From positions 71,889 through 135,888 of the forward strand of contig JAZRDO010000023.1 of assembly GCA_045660325.1 (NCBI GenBank): 64,000 bases of DNA, written 5' to 3'. Origin of the DNA: Eubacteriales bacterium. Lineage in GTDB: Bacteria > Bacillota > Clostridia > Oscillospirales > CAG-272. The notes under the pieces are model-generated. The model made no database searches. It saw only the letters and a list, made by a program, of their open reading frames with translations, and was not told where the DNA came from. Each line of letters opens with the position of its first letter. The first letter of the stretch is position 1. This document shows, in pieces, positions 1-8,643 of this stretch. Both the position numbers and the translations under genes were made by a program.

Positions 1-410
1 TGAAGCAGGCCCGAAATTGTGGGAAGATAGAATACGGTTGGGCCTTGTCCGATAAACGCGGGGTATATGACCGTAGAAATACCACCGAAAATGCCGAGGA
101 GCCAAACAAAATGCAAAGCGTTATTGTTTTTCTTGCCAAATAAAACCGCTAAGGCAAGAACCAAGCTTGTCATACCGCAGTAGCTGTCGGGAATAATTTG
201 CTCCCAACGAACCTGACCATATCTAAAGACCTGGGAAAGTCTGTTCGTAACGATCGCGATAAGAAGCATCGCGGCTAACGATCTTAAAAATACATTTTGG
301 GATAGCTCGCTTTTTGCAAATTTTTTAGTTAAAAGCAATGCCACCGCGGCAATTACTGTAGTAATTCCTATGTAAAGAAAATGTTCGATACCGAAAACAA
401 CAGCGGGCAT
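1..410 (-). CDS. integral membrane protein, N-terminal part only (gene runs off the window start); possibly YwaF/TIGR02206-like
   Basis: My translation of the minus strand from ATG 410-408 gives MPAVVFGIEHFLYIGITTVIAAVALLLTKKF...LVLALAVLFGKK...WLLGIFGGISTVIYPAF. It stays open to position 1 and has several hydrophobic helices. It is absent from the ORF track because there is no stop in the window. Confidence 0.5.
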   Translation of the reverse strand, partial: MPAVVFGIEHFLYIGITTVIAAVALLLTKKFAKSELSQNVFLRSLAAMLLIAIVTNRLSQVFRYGQVRWEQIIPDSYCGMTSLVLALAVLFGKKNNNALHFVWLLGIFGGISTVIYPAFIGQGPTVFYLPTISGLL

Positions 411-568
411 ACAGATCACCTCTTTGTGTAATTTATAGTATAATTTTAGCACAGAGCTTAACGTTAATCAATGATAAGCCCTGTTTTTTAAGATAATTTA
501 AGAATTCATAGCATAGAATGGTGTATTAAAAAACAAAATACTTATAAAGATTAATTTCAAAAAAGGAC

Positions 569-597
569 TTGACAAACACGTTTATATGTTGTATAAT
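569..597 (+). promoter_or_regulatory. sigma-A type promoter for tRNA-Ser
   Basis: TTGACA (569-574), 17 nt spacer, TATAAT (592-597), about 45 nt upstream of the tRNA. Confidence 0.6.
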
Positions 598-641
598 ATC
601 TCCTGTGAGTTTATTTAAACGGTCGGCTCACATTTGATTAC

Positions 642-734
642 GGAGAAGTACTCAAGAGGCCGAAGAGGCGCCCCTGCTAAGGGTGTAGGTCGGGATTAAC
701 CGGCGCGAGAGTTCAAATCTCTCCTTCTCCGCCA
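642..734 (+). tRNA. tRNA-Ser (anticodon GCT), class II with long variable arm, encoded CCA
   Basis: GGAGAAGTACTCAAGAGGCCGAAGAGGCGCCCCTGCTAAGGGTG...GAGTTCAAATCTCTCCTTCTCCGCCA. The 7 bp acceptor stem pairs GGAGAAG with CTTCTCC. The anticodon loop is CT-GCT-AA, with a long extra arm and a T-loop GTTCAAATC. It is near-identical in pattern to Bacillus tRNA-Ser(GCU). Confidence 0.95.
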
Positions 735-738
735 AAAA

Positions 739-772
739 ACACAGCCATCCAATCGGGTGGCTGTGTTTTTTT
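739..772 (+). terminator. intrinsic terminator after tRNA-Ser
   Basis: ACACAGCCATCC / GGGTGGCTGTGT 12 bp stem with loop AATC, followed by TTTTTTT. Confidence 0.8.
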
Positions 773-992
773 CGAAGTCGAGATTTGGTGATCGCGCCGA
801 AGGCGCGAGAGGGACGTGCGCGACCGCTCGCAATGCGAGATAAAGGGAGCGCTAAGGAGTCGCAGCAACTTGAATTTTACCGACAGAGCTCCGTAGGGCG
901 AGAGATGGTAAAATCCTTAGTTGCAAGGGTGCAAAGTTGTGCGAAGCACAACGAGAAAATCTCTCCGCTCGCTTGCGAGTGTATCCGCCAAC

Positions 993-1020
993 AAAAAGGA
1001 CATCAAACGGTGTCCTTTTT
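993..1020 (-). terminator. intrinsic terminator (bidirectional shape) ending the ABC exporter operon
   Basis: AAAAAGGACA-TCAAACGG-TGTCCTTTTT. The hairpin is flanked by an A-run and a T-run, 12 nt past the stop at 1032. Confidence 0.7.
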
Positions 1021-1031
1021 TATTTGCTGAA

Positions 1032-2807
1032 TCATCCCTTAGGATACTGACTGTTATATATCTTAGCATACAAACCGCCAAAATTCAAAAGCTCGGAATG
1101 ATTTCCCTTTTCCACGATGCGACCGTTATCGACCACAAGAATAATATCGGCATTTTCAATCGTAGAAAGTCTATGAGCGATAACGAATGCCGTTCTTCCG
1201 CTCATAAGCTCATCCATAGTTTTTTGTATAAGCAGCTCGGTTCTCGTGTCCACGTTGCTTGTCGCTTCATCAAGAATAAGGATGGGTCTGTCGGACAAAT
1301 ATGCTCTGGCAATAGTCAAAAGCTGCTTTTGTCCTGCGCTTATATTAGTACTGTCCTCATTTATTTCAGTGTCATATCCATTGGGCAGAGCATAAATAAA
1401 GCTATCGATATGCGCTTTTTTTGCTGCAGCCATTACCTCGTCGCGAGTTGCATTTTCCTTTCCATACGCGATATTGTCATAAACGGTACCCGAAAATAGC
1501 ATCGTATCCTGAAGCACCATTCCGAATATCTCCCGCACCTCGTTTCGGTTCATTTTGGTTATGTCGACTCCATCAACCAAAACCTTACCCGATCTTGCAT
1601 CATAAAAGCGCATCAGAATATTTACAATAGTGGTTTTTCCTCCTCCCGTAGGCCCTACGATAGCAACCTTTTGACCGGGTTTTACGTGAAGATCGAGGTT
1701 TTCAATAAGTGGCTTTTCAGGCACGTAGGAGAAGCACACGTCACAAAATTCCACCTCTCCGCGAACGCATATATTACCTATCGGCTCGACCTCCTCCATT
1801 TCCTCATCGTCAAGGAAGTCGTAAACTCTTCGCGCCGACGCTATGGTGGACTGTATCATCGACATACCGTTCGCGATCGATTCAAGAGGAGACGAGAAAA
1901 GCTTTGTATACATTATAAACGCTACAAGAACGCCGACGTCCATACGGTTATTGATAACAAGATATGCTCCTATAACGCATATAGCAACGTAGGACATATT
2001 GTTTATAAATCCAACGATAGGACCAACCAGCCCCGATACAAAGTATCCCTTCTCCGTATGATTGGCATACGTTTTCGTAACGTCGCCGTATTTTTGGTTT
2101 TGAGATTCCTCAATTGAAAATATCTTTACCGCATCAAAGCAAGCCAAATTCTCCTCGCAAATACTGTATAGCCTGCCCGAATCCGTACGCGACTCGTTAA
2201 AATGCTTTTCACTCCTTGTCGCAAGCAATGCCGAAAGCACAAGAGACAGCGGCACGAATACTATGACCGCCGCCGCCATGATGGGATCCTGCGTAAAAAT
2301 AATAACTGATATCATAGCCAGCTGAATTACTCCGTTTATGATCACACCGAAAATATCATGGATCGATCCTCCCATAATTGAAACGTCGTTCGTCATTCTG
2401 GAAATTATCTCTCCATTTGGAGTACTGTCAACAGTTTTTATCGGTATTTTTGATATTTTCTCGCTCATCTTTATTCTTATCTTACAAGTAAAGAAGCTGC
2501 TGACAGAGTAATTCATGACCGCCTTTGTCAGCGCACTGAGAAGCGCCGAGAGAAGATATATAACCGCCAACACTATAATACGCGTATTAAACAAATTCGT
2601 ATCAATAGTAACGTCAAGATCAAAATAATTATATATCTGATCCGTAAGATTTCCGAGTATTTCGGGCGCTCTCATAGCAAGATATGCCGATCCGATGCTC
2701 AGGACAGTAGCAAGCAATAGCCAATGGATAATGCTGAGCGAGTCCTTCATTATTCTTAAAATAACACGAGCGGAACTGAGTCTATAGGTCTTTGATTTAT
2801 TCTTCAT
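1032..2807 (-). CDS. ABC exporter, fused permease/ATPase, consensus-site half of a heterodimer
   Basis: The ORF track 600 aa ORF has a six-helix TMD followed by an NBD. The NBD has Walker A GPTGGGKTT, signature ISAGQKQL and Walker B ILILDEATSNVD with the catalytic Glu present. I place the start at ATG 2807 (MKNKSKTYRL), preceded by GGAGGAGG. It overlaps the upstream stop by 11 nt. Confidence 0.9.
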   Translation of the reverse strand: MKNKSKTYRLSSARVILRIMKDSLSIIHWLLLATVLSIGSAYLAMRAPEILGNLTDQIYNYFDLDVTIDTNLFNTRIIVLAVIYLLSALLSALTKAVMNYSVSSFFTCKIRIKMSEKISKIPIKTVDSTPNGEIISRMTNDVSIMGGSIHDIFGVIINGVIQLAMISVIIFTQDPIMAAAVIVFVPLSLVLSALLATRSEKHFNESRTDSGRLYSICEENLACFDAVKIFSIEESQNQKYGDVTKTYANHTEKGYFVSGLVGPIVGFINNMSYVAICVIGAYLVINNRMDVGVLVAFIMYTKLFSSPLESIANGMSMIQSTIASARRVYDFLDDEEMEEVEPIGNICVRGEVEFCDVCFSYVPEKPLIENLDLHVKPGQKVAIVGPTGGGKTTIVNILMRFYDARSGKVLVDGVDITKMNRNEVREIFGMVLQDTMLFSGTVYDNIAYGKENATRDEVMAAAKKAHIDSFIYALPNGYDTEINEDSTNISAGQKQLLTIARAYLSDRPILILDEATSNVDTRTELLIQKTMDELMSGRTAFVIAHRLSTIENADIILVVDNGRIVEKGNHSELLNFGGLYAKIYNSQYPKG

Positions 2808-4536
2808 TTCGCACCTCCTCCCCGTGTCTGCCAAGCTGAGACTCCGCTATTTCACGATATACGGAGCAGCTTGACATAAGCTCGTCGTGTGTGCCGATTC
2901 CTATTATCCTGCCGCTATCCATTACGTATATGCGGTCAGCACTCATAGCGGTACTTATTCTTTGAGTTGCAACAATTCGGCTTTTACCATTAAGAAGGCT
3001 TGAATAATTTTCCTTGATCTCGCTTTCCGTAAGGAAATCAAGCGCACTGAAGCTGTCGTCAAAAACGTATATATCGGCATTCTTTATTACTGTTCTTGCC
3101 ATATTGAGCCTTTGTCTTTGTCCGCCGCTTACGTTTTGACCTCTGCCGACAAGAAGATAATCCAAGCCCTCGGGATGCGAATCAACAAAATCCGCCATTT
3201 TTGACAGGCGAAGCATCTCGTATATTTCGCCGTCCGAAGCGGATGGCTTACCCATTCTGATATTATCACGAACCGAGCCCTCAAATATTTGAGCCTTTTG
3301 TAACGCTACCGAGAAATGTGATCTTATATCGACTTTTCTCATTTTTGAATAAGCCGCGCCACCAATAAAGATTTCCCCCTCGCTCGCTTCAAAAAGTCCG
3401 CACAAGAGCTTAATAAGTGTACTTTTGCCACTTCCCGTTCCTCCGATAATGGCGATCTGCTCACCCTCACTTACCGAGAGTGAGATATTATCCAATACGT
3501 TTTTGCTTGATTCGGGATATGCAAATGAAAGATCCTTTATTTCAATATCAAATCCGCGCGGCTTCTCTCCCTCGCCCTCGGGAATGATCTCCTCGTCCGC
3601 GCAATTATGTATATCCTCAAGCCTTCTCAATGATACCTTGACCTTAGGCAACCAGGCGAGAGTCCAGGAAATATTGATTATAGCCGACGAAATTATAGCT
3701 ATATACTGAAGAACGGCGATTACTCCGCCCGCTCCAATATTTCCCCCGGTAGCTCTTATACCACCGAAATATACAACAGCTACGGTAGCTAAATTCAAAA
3801 GCAGCATCGCAAAGGGGTCTACCATTCCTCCCCTCGTATTTGCCCTGATCATATATTTTGCCATTTCCTCAGTGGCGAATTTGGCTCTTCCATGCTCTCT
3901 TTTTTCATTATTGAACGCTCTTACGACGCGCAATCCCGACAGTCTTTCCCTGACTATCTTATTTTGCATATCAACGTACTTATCCGACTTATCCCACATA
4001 TCGTAAAGCGGGCGCATAAGAATAAGCACCAAAATAAGCACGGGCGGTATTGACAGCATAAACACCGCCGACAGCACGGGGTCCGCAAGAAATGCCAATA
4101 TAGCCGAGCCGATAAACATTATCGGGACGGTAAACAGCGTGTACGGAAGGCTTGTAACCGTTCCCTCCACGTTCCACACATCGTCCGTTGTTCGCGTAAG
4201 CAATCCCGACGGACCGATCTTTGTATAGTCCTTATAGGACAATTTGTTGATTTTTTCAAACGTCGCGCGGAACAAGTTTGCGGTAAATTTCGAAGAAATA
4301 GCCGTATTCAGCTTAGCAGAAATAATGTTTCCCGCAAGGGAAAGCGCCGCTAATACGATCATTATCACCGCATACGTCCAAACAACGTAAAGATTCTTAT
4401 CGGAAATACCTTTCTCTACTATTTTGCTCATAACGAACGGCATAAGAAGCGCGCACATCATACCGACTCCGTCAATAAATGCCACAAAAATAAGCTTTTT
4501 CCAATACGGTTTCAAAAGTTTAAATAGTGTTTTCAT
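2797..4536 (-). CDS. ABC exporter, fused permease/ATPase, degenerate-site half of a heterodimer
   Basis: 579 aa. It has Walker A GGTGSGKST, signature VSGGQRQR and Walker B IYVFDDSFSALD, with Asp where the catalytic Glu normally sits. It is translationally coupled to 1032..2807. Confidence 0.9.
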   Translation of the reverse strand: MKTLFKLLKPYWKKLIFVAFIDGVGMMCALLMPFVMSKIVEKGISDKNLYVVWTYAVIMIVLAALSLAGNIISAKLNTAISSKFTANLFRATFEKINKLSYKDYTKIGPSGLLTRTTDDVWNVEGTVTSLPYTLFTVPIMFIGSAILAFLADPVLSAVFMLSIPPVLILVLILMRPLYDMWDKSDKYVDMQNKIVRERLSGLRVVRAFNNEKREHGRAKFATEEMAKYMIRANTRGGMVDPFAMLLLNLATVAVVYFGGIRATGGNIGAGGVIAVLQYIAIISSAIINISWTLAWLPKVKVSLRRLEDIHNCADEEIIPEGEGEKPRGFDIEIKDLSFAYPESSKNVLDNISLSVSEGEQIAIIGGTGSGKSTLIKLLCGLFEASEGEIFIGGAAYSKMRKVDIRSHFSVALQKAQIFEGSVRDNIRMGKPSASDGEIYEMLRLSKMADFVDSHPEGLDYLLVGRGQNVSGGQRQRLNMARTVIKNADIYVFDDSFSALDFLTESEIKENYSSLLNGKSRIVATQRISTAMSADRIYVMDSGRIIGIGTHDELMSSCSVYREIAESQLGRHGEEVRNEE

Positions 4537-4587
4537 TTTTCACTTTCTCTTTTTTAATTTGTCCTGTGTCCATCTCACACCCGAGAA

Positions 4588-4670
4588 CAAAAAACATATA
4601 GCACCCGCAGACGATCCGCCACGGGTGCTATATAAACAAAAAATCCCGAGGCGCACTCTGCACCACGGGA
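4588..4670 (-). terminator. two tandem intrinsic terminators inside the 5' leader of the ABC exporter operon (attenuator)
   Basis: On the minus strand, T1 is TCCCGTGGTGCAGAGTGCGCCTCGGGA+TTTTTTG (4637-4670). T2 is ATAGCACCCG-N14-CGGGTGCTAT+ATGTTTTTTG (4588-4631). Both lie between the promoter and the ATG at 4536. Confidence 0.6.
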
Positions 4671-4694
4671 GCATAACGACAGTATAAGCCGTAT

Positions 4695-4772
4695 TTATGC
4701 TATAATATCCTCGGAGGCGAGTACGTAAAATTTAGTTGTAACAGAATTGATTGAAAAAACTGTCATTGTCAT
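4695..4772 (-). CDS. candidate 25-aa leader peptide (MTMTVFSINSVTTKFYVLASEDIIA)
   Basis: GGAGG (4785-4781), 8 nt spacer, ATG at 4772, TAA at 4697-4695. It sits directly upstream of the tandem terminators and is too short for the ORF track. There is no homology evidence. Confidence 0.35.
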   Translation of the reverse strand: MTMTVFSINSVTTKFYVLASEDIIA

Positions 4773-4809
4773 TGTATTCTCCTCCTTTCAAAAAATTTAT
4801 TATACAGGT

Positions 4810-4838
4810 ATTATAACACCGCGCAAAGAGTTTGTCAA
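4810..4838 (-). promoter_or_regulatory. sigma-A promoter of the leader/ABC exporter operon
   Basis: On the minus strand: TTGACA (4838-4833), 17 nt spacer, TATAAT (4815-4810). Confidence 0.6.
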
Positions 4839-4855
4839 TAGAATTTCAAAAATTT

Positions 4856-4893
4856 AGCAAACGGCGTTTTAAAAAAGCCAAACGCCGTTTGCT
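4856..4893 (-). terminator. intrinsic terminator after the PBP2 gene
   Basis: AGCAAACGGCGTTT / AAACGCCGTTTGCT 14 bp stem, followed on the minus strand by AAATTTTTG. Confidence 0.75.
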
Positions 4894-4905
4894 ATTAAGC
4901 ATATA

Positions 4906-7002
4906 TTATCCCAAACCGTAATACGCCTCAAGCACTTTTGCCGCCGCCATTGCGGGATACGAGCCGCTTCCCGCGCGCTCGATTACCGAGCAGACGGTAA
5001 TATCGGGGTTATTGTAAGGCGCGGCACAAATAAAGAGACCGTTATCTCGAAGTCCTCCGCCGACCTGAGCCGTACCCGACTTGCCGCCGACATCTACGAT
5101 ACTTGAAACGTTTCTCATATAACGCGAAACGTTAGCGGTATTTTTGACCATATCCTTCATGCCTTCCTTAACGTAACGCGTGGAATTTTCCGAAAGAGTC
5201 ATTTGGGAGAGCACCTCGCCCTCTCTGTTGGAGAGCACGACCTCATCCGTAAACGCTTCCCTTACCTCGAGGAGCAAATGCGCGCGATATCTCGTGCCGC
5301 CGTTGAGCAGAGTTGAAATATACGACGCGAGCTGAACAGGAGTAAACGCGTTGGTTGACTGACCGATCGCCGCTCTGATGGTTTCACCCTCGTTCCAGTT
5401 ATCAAGTGTGTCGGGACTTGCCAAAACGCCCGATGCCTCGGCTATTTCAAGGCCTGTCTTTTGTCCGAAGCCGTACATCTGACAGTATTTATTCATAGTT
5501 GAAATACCCATAAGTCTGCCCATTTCATAGAAATAGCAGTTACAGGACTGTGCGATCGCCATCTGCGCGGTCAAATATCTCGTCGAACCGTCGGAATGCA
5601 CAAAGCACTTCGGGTTATCGTAATAATCGTAAACGCCGTCGCAAACGATCTCTGTAAGACCGCCAACCACACCGCTATCAATTGCCGCCGCCGCCATACC
5701 CGGCTTAAAGGTCGAACCCGGAGCATAGATACCGAGAAGCGCGCGGTTATTGAGTGGCTCGCCCTCCGCGGTCAAAAGGCTATTATAGTCCTTACTGAAC
5801 GTCGCAAGATTGTACGTCGGATAGGATGCAACCGCCAAAAGTCCACCGCTGTTTGAGTCGAATGCCACGAGCGCGCCTGACTTTGAGTTTGCGCCATATG
5901 TGGAATTTACGTATTCAACGTTATCGCGAAGACCGTCCTCGGCGGCGATCTGGACGTTTATATCAATAGTAAGATAAACGTTCTTGCCTGCCACGGGGGC
6001 TTGCTTTACGTATTTTTCAATAATATTTCCGTCCTCGTCCTCCTTAACGACCATAACACCGTCAATTCCTCGAAGATATTCCTCAAATGCCTGCTCGCAG
6101 CCGTCAATGCCAACGATAGCGTCTATCTTGTAGCCAAGCTCGTTATAGTAGTCCCAATTCTCCGCGTATATCTTGCCCGTTCGTCCCAGAATATGCGACG
6201 CGTAGCCCGGGAACTTATACTCTCTGTCCGTTGACACGTGGAAGGTTGAGCCGACGATATTCTTTTCCTTTACCTGCGAGATAAAGCTTATATCTACGTT
6301 CTTCGCCATAACGAACGGCGCGCCCGGACCGAAGCCCGCGACCTCCATATCGTAAAGCACACGAATTATTCTGTCAATGCAATCGTCGGAGTAGAGATTT
6401 TCCCCTTCTCCATAGGTTTCATTGAGCTTGTATCTTTTAATGAAATAATCAATTATCTTTTGCTCACTCGGGAACTTATCGGGATTTGACTTATAAAAGC
6501 TATCCAGATGCTCCACGGTAAGCTCAGTCTTTTTCTTGCCTGAATTACTCTCAAGCTCATCCTCAGCGATTCGCCCGAGAAGTCTGTAATACATATTCGA
6601 TTCGCCGTCACGCGCCTCGCTTTTATACACTAAATTCGGATATTCTCCGTCAAACGGAAAAGAGCTTTCGGGCATCTTATCCGAATTTCCCGTCGCCGCG
6701 ATAAGGTTTACCGCGTCGAGAATAGCGATATTTCTATCGTATCTGTCAGGAGCCATTGCCTCGCTGTCAAACACGAAATCATATTTATATGTATTTGAAA
6801 CAAGACACACGCCGTTTCTATCGTATATCTCGCCTCGCACGGCGAGTATCGGCTCTTCTCTTACGTACGCCGCAGTCTCACGATTATCGGGATCGGCATT
6901 GACCTTTATATTTATCATACGAACAATATAAATAAGAGAAATCACCGCAAATATGATACAGATGCAAATAATTCTGAATGGCGTTTTGCTCTTTATATTC
7001 AA
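4906..7002 (-). CDS. mrdA: penicillin-binding protein 2 (class B transpeptidase)
   Basis: The ORF has an N-terminal TM anchor, a PBP dimerisation region and a transpeptidase domain with STFK (GSTFKP), SCN and KSGT motifs. The ORF-track ATG at 7074 would overlap mreB by 62 nt. I prefer TTG 7002, preceded by AAGGAG with a 6 nt spacer, immediately after the mreB stop. Confidence 0.85.
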   Translation of the reverse strand: MNIKSKTPFRIICICIIFAVISLIYIVRMINIKVNADPDNRETAAYVREEPILAVRGEIYDRNGVCLVSNTYKYDFVFDSEAMAPDRYDRNIAILDAVNLIAATGNSDKMPESSFPFDGEYPNLVYKSEARDGESNMYYRLLGRIAEDELESNSGKKKTELTVEHLDSFYKSNPDKFPSEQKIIDYFIKRYKLNETYGEGENLYSDDCIDRIIRVLYDMEVAGFGPGAPFVMAKNVDISFISQVKEKNIVGSTFHVSTDREYKFPGYASHILGRTGKIYAENWDYYNELGYKIDAIVGIDGCEQAFEEYLRGIDGVMVVKEDEDGNIIEKYVKQAPVAGKNVYLTIDINVQIAAEDGLRDNVEYVNSTYGANSKSGALVAFDSNSGGLLAVASYPTYNLATFSKDYNSLLTAEGEPLNNRALLGIYAPGSTFKPGMAAAAIDSGVVGGLTEIVCDGVYDYYDNPKCFVHSDGSTRYLTAQMAIAQSCNCYFYEMGRLMGISTMNKYCQMYGFGQKTGLEIAEASGVLASPDTLDNWNEGETIRAAIGQSTNAFTPVQLASYISTLLNGGTRYRAHLLLEVREAFTDEVVLSNREGEVLSQMTLSENSTRYVKEGMKDMVKNTANVSRYMRNVSSIVDVGGKSGTAQVGGGLRDNGLFICAAPYNNPDITVCSVIERAGSGSYPAMAAAKVLEAYYGLG

Positions 7003-7012
7003 AATTTGCTCC

Positions 7013-8017
7013 TTATCTGTTTTTGTAAAGCACTCCGTCGGGGAGAAGTCTTGGATTTTCAATGATTCTGCCAATACCTATGCTTTCACAGTCCATAGGA
7101 TTCTTGGCAATAGTAACGCGAAGTCCCGTTTTCTTGGTAATAAGCTCCGCGATTCCCACAATATTCGCGCCACCGCCCACAAGCATAATACCGTGGTCGT
7201 AAATATCGCTCGCGATCTCGGGAGGCGTTTGCTCAAGCACGTTTGTAATAGTACGGCATATTGCCTCAAGTCCCATATGGATCGCATCGTGGATCTCCGC
7301 GGACGACACACGGATCATCTCGGCGCATTTAAGTATTTCGTTTCTACCGCTGACTAATACCTCGCCGCGATCTATTCCCGAAACCGCCGAGCCGATCTTT
7401 AGCTTTATCATCTCCGCGCTTATATCACCGATAAAGAGACCTCGCTTCGTGCGAAGCGCATGAATAATTGCTCCGTCAAGCTTATCTCCCGCGAGCTTTA
7501 TCGCGGACGATCGAACGATTCCGCCCGAGGAAATGACTGCCGCCTGCGTCATACCTCCGCCGATATCAACGATCATACAGCCTCTCGCGCTGTTTATCTT
7601 GAGTCCTGCGCCGATAGCCGCAGCTATGGGGGATTTAACCACACCGACCGCCTTAGCGCCCGCCTCGAATATCGCGTTCTCTACCGCAAGTCTCTCAACC
7701 TCGGTGCATCTACCGGGCGTGCTTACAAGCACGACAGGGCGATTGAAGAGGGAGAGCGCCTCGGTGCGCACAAAATATTCGTGCATCATTCTCGCAGTTA
7801 CCTCAAAATCGGCAATAACTCCGTTCTTGATAGGACGGAACGCCTGAATGTGAGAGGGAGTTTTGCCTATCATTTCCTTGGCTCTTCTGCCGATCGCAAC
7901 TATGGAATCGTCGGTCTTGTCAACCGCAACCACCGTCGGCGAGCGCAAAACTATTTGGTTTTTGATTATCATTCTGGTATGAGACGTACCAAGATCAAGA
8001 CCAATATGCTTTGGCAT
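7013..8017 (-). CDS. mreB: rod shape-determining actin homologue MreB
   Basis: 334 aa. GLDLGTSHT, DIGGGMT and MLVGGGA are actin-fold phosphate/adenosine motifs, and the protein resembles MreB along its full length. Confidence 0.93.
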   Translation of the reverse strand: MPKHIGLDLGTSHTRMIIKNQIVLRSPTVVAVDKTDDSIVAIGRRAKEMIGKTPSHIQAFRPIKNGVIADFEVTARMMHEYFVRTEALSLFNRPVVLVSTPGRCTEVERLAVENAIFEAGAKAVGVVKSPIAAAIGAGLKINSARGCMIVDIGGGMTQAAVISSGGIVRSSAIKLAGDKLDGAIIHALRTKRGLFIGDISAEMIKLKIGSAVSGIDRGEVLVSGRNEILKCAEMIRVSSAEIHDAIHMGLEAICRTITNVLEQTPPEIASDIYDHGIMLVGGGANIVGIAELITKKTGLRVTIAKNPMDCESIGIGRIIENPRLLPDGVLYKNR

Positions 8018-8055
8018 AAGCTTCCCCCTTTCACAAAAATTTGTTTTTATCTATC

Positions 8056-8643
8056 TTAAAAAAGCTTTATACCGAAAAATTCATCCGCCATTTCGTAAAG
8101 AAGGCGTATCGGAAGACCGACCACGTTGAAATAATCCCCGCGAATTCCCTTGATAAACAGGGATGCAATGCCCTGAATTCCATACGAACCCGCCTTATCG
8201 TAAGGCTCATCCGTATCAAGATATTTTTCAATCTCAACTGCCGAAAGAGATGCAAATTCAACCGCAGTCGTATCGTGAGAAGCAACACCGCGTCCCTCGT
8301 ACGAAAGATACAAGCCGCTTGAAACGTAATGCTCTCTTCCCGAAAGGGAGGTAAGCATCTTTCGGGCGTCATCACGGTCACGGGGCTTTCCAAGCACCGC
8401 GCCGTCCACGTGAACGAGCGTGTCGGATGCGATAATGAGCGTGTCCTCAAGACTTCCTCCCTCGCTCTTTATCGCTTCCTCAACCGCACGGCCCTTACGC
8501 TCGGCTAATATCTCAACTATTCTCTCGGGATTTTTCTCGTCGCAGGACTCGTCTGCCTCCGAGGTTTTTATTTCAAAATCAAGTCCAATGACCCCTAAAA
8601 GCTCTCGTCTTCGAGGCGACTTTGATGCAAGTATAATTCTCAT
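8056..8643 (-). CDS. maf: Maf-like nucleoside triphosphate pyrophosphatase (septum formation protein Maf)
   Basis: MRIILASKSPRRRELL...DKAGSYGIQG is a typical Maf signature. The start at ATG 8643 is chosen because Maf proteins begin at this motif. Confidence 0.9.
   Translation of the reverse strand: MRIILASKSPRRRELLGVIGLDFEIKTSEADESCDEKNPERIVEILAERKGRAVEEAIKSEGGSLEDTLIIASDTLVHVDGAVLGKPRDRDDARKMLTSLSGREHYVSSGLYLSYEGRGVASHDTTAVEFASLSAVEIEKYLDTDEPYDKAGSYGIQGIASLFIKGIRGDYFNVVGLPIRLLYEMADEFFGIKLF

Noticed and set aside
715-966. A 10-nt match (AAATCTCTCC) between the 3' end of tRNA-Ser (715-724) and 957-966, considered as possible attL/attR of an element integrated at the tRNA.
   Set aside because: Ten nucleotides is within chance expectation. 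The 230 bp in between encode nothing, and there is no integrase. This is insufficient for an integration footprint.
785-1499. Track ORFs 785-1030 (+) and 921-1499 (+), taken as possible genes next to the tRNA.
   Set aside because: 785-1030 covers hairpin-rich non-coding DNA, starts at a non-ATG codon without an RBS and runs through a terminator. 921-1499 is antisense to the 3' end of the well-supported ABC exporter gene.
7003-7074. The ATG at 7074 as the PBP2 start, giving a 62 nt overlap with mreB.
   Set aside because: There is no RBS upstream of that ATG, and the extra residues lie inside mreB coding sequence. TTG 7002 with AAGGAG is preferred. It is kept as an alternative in the feature evidence.
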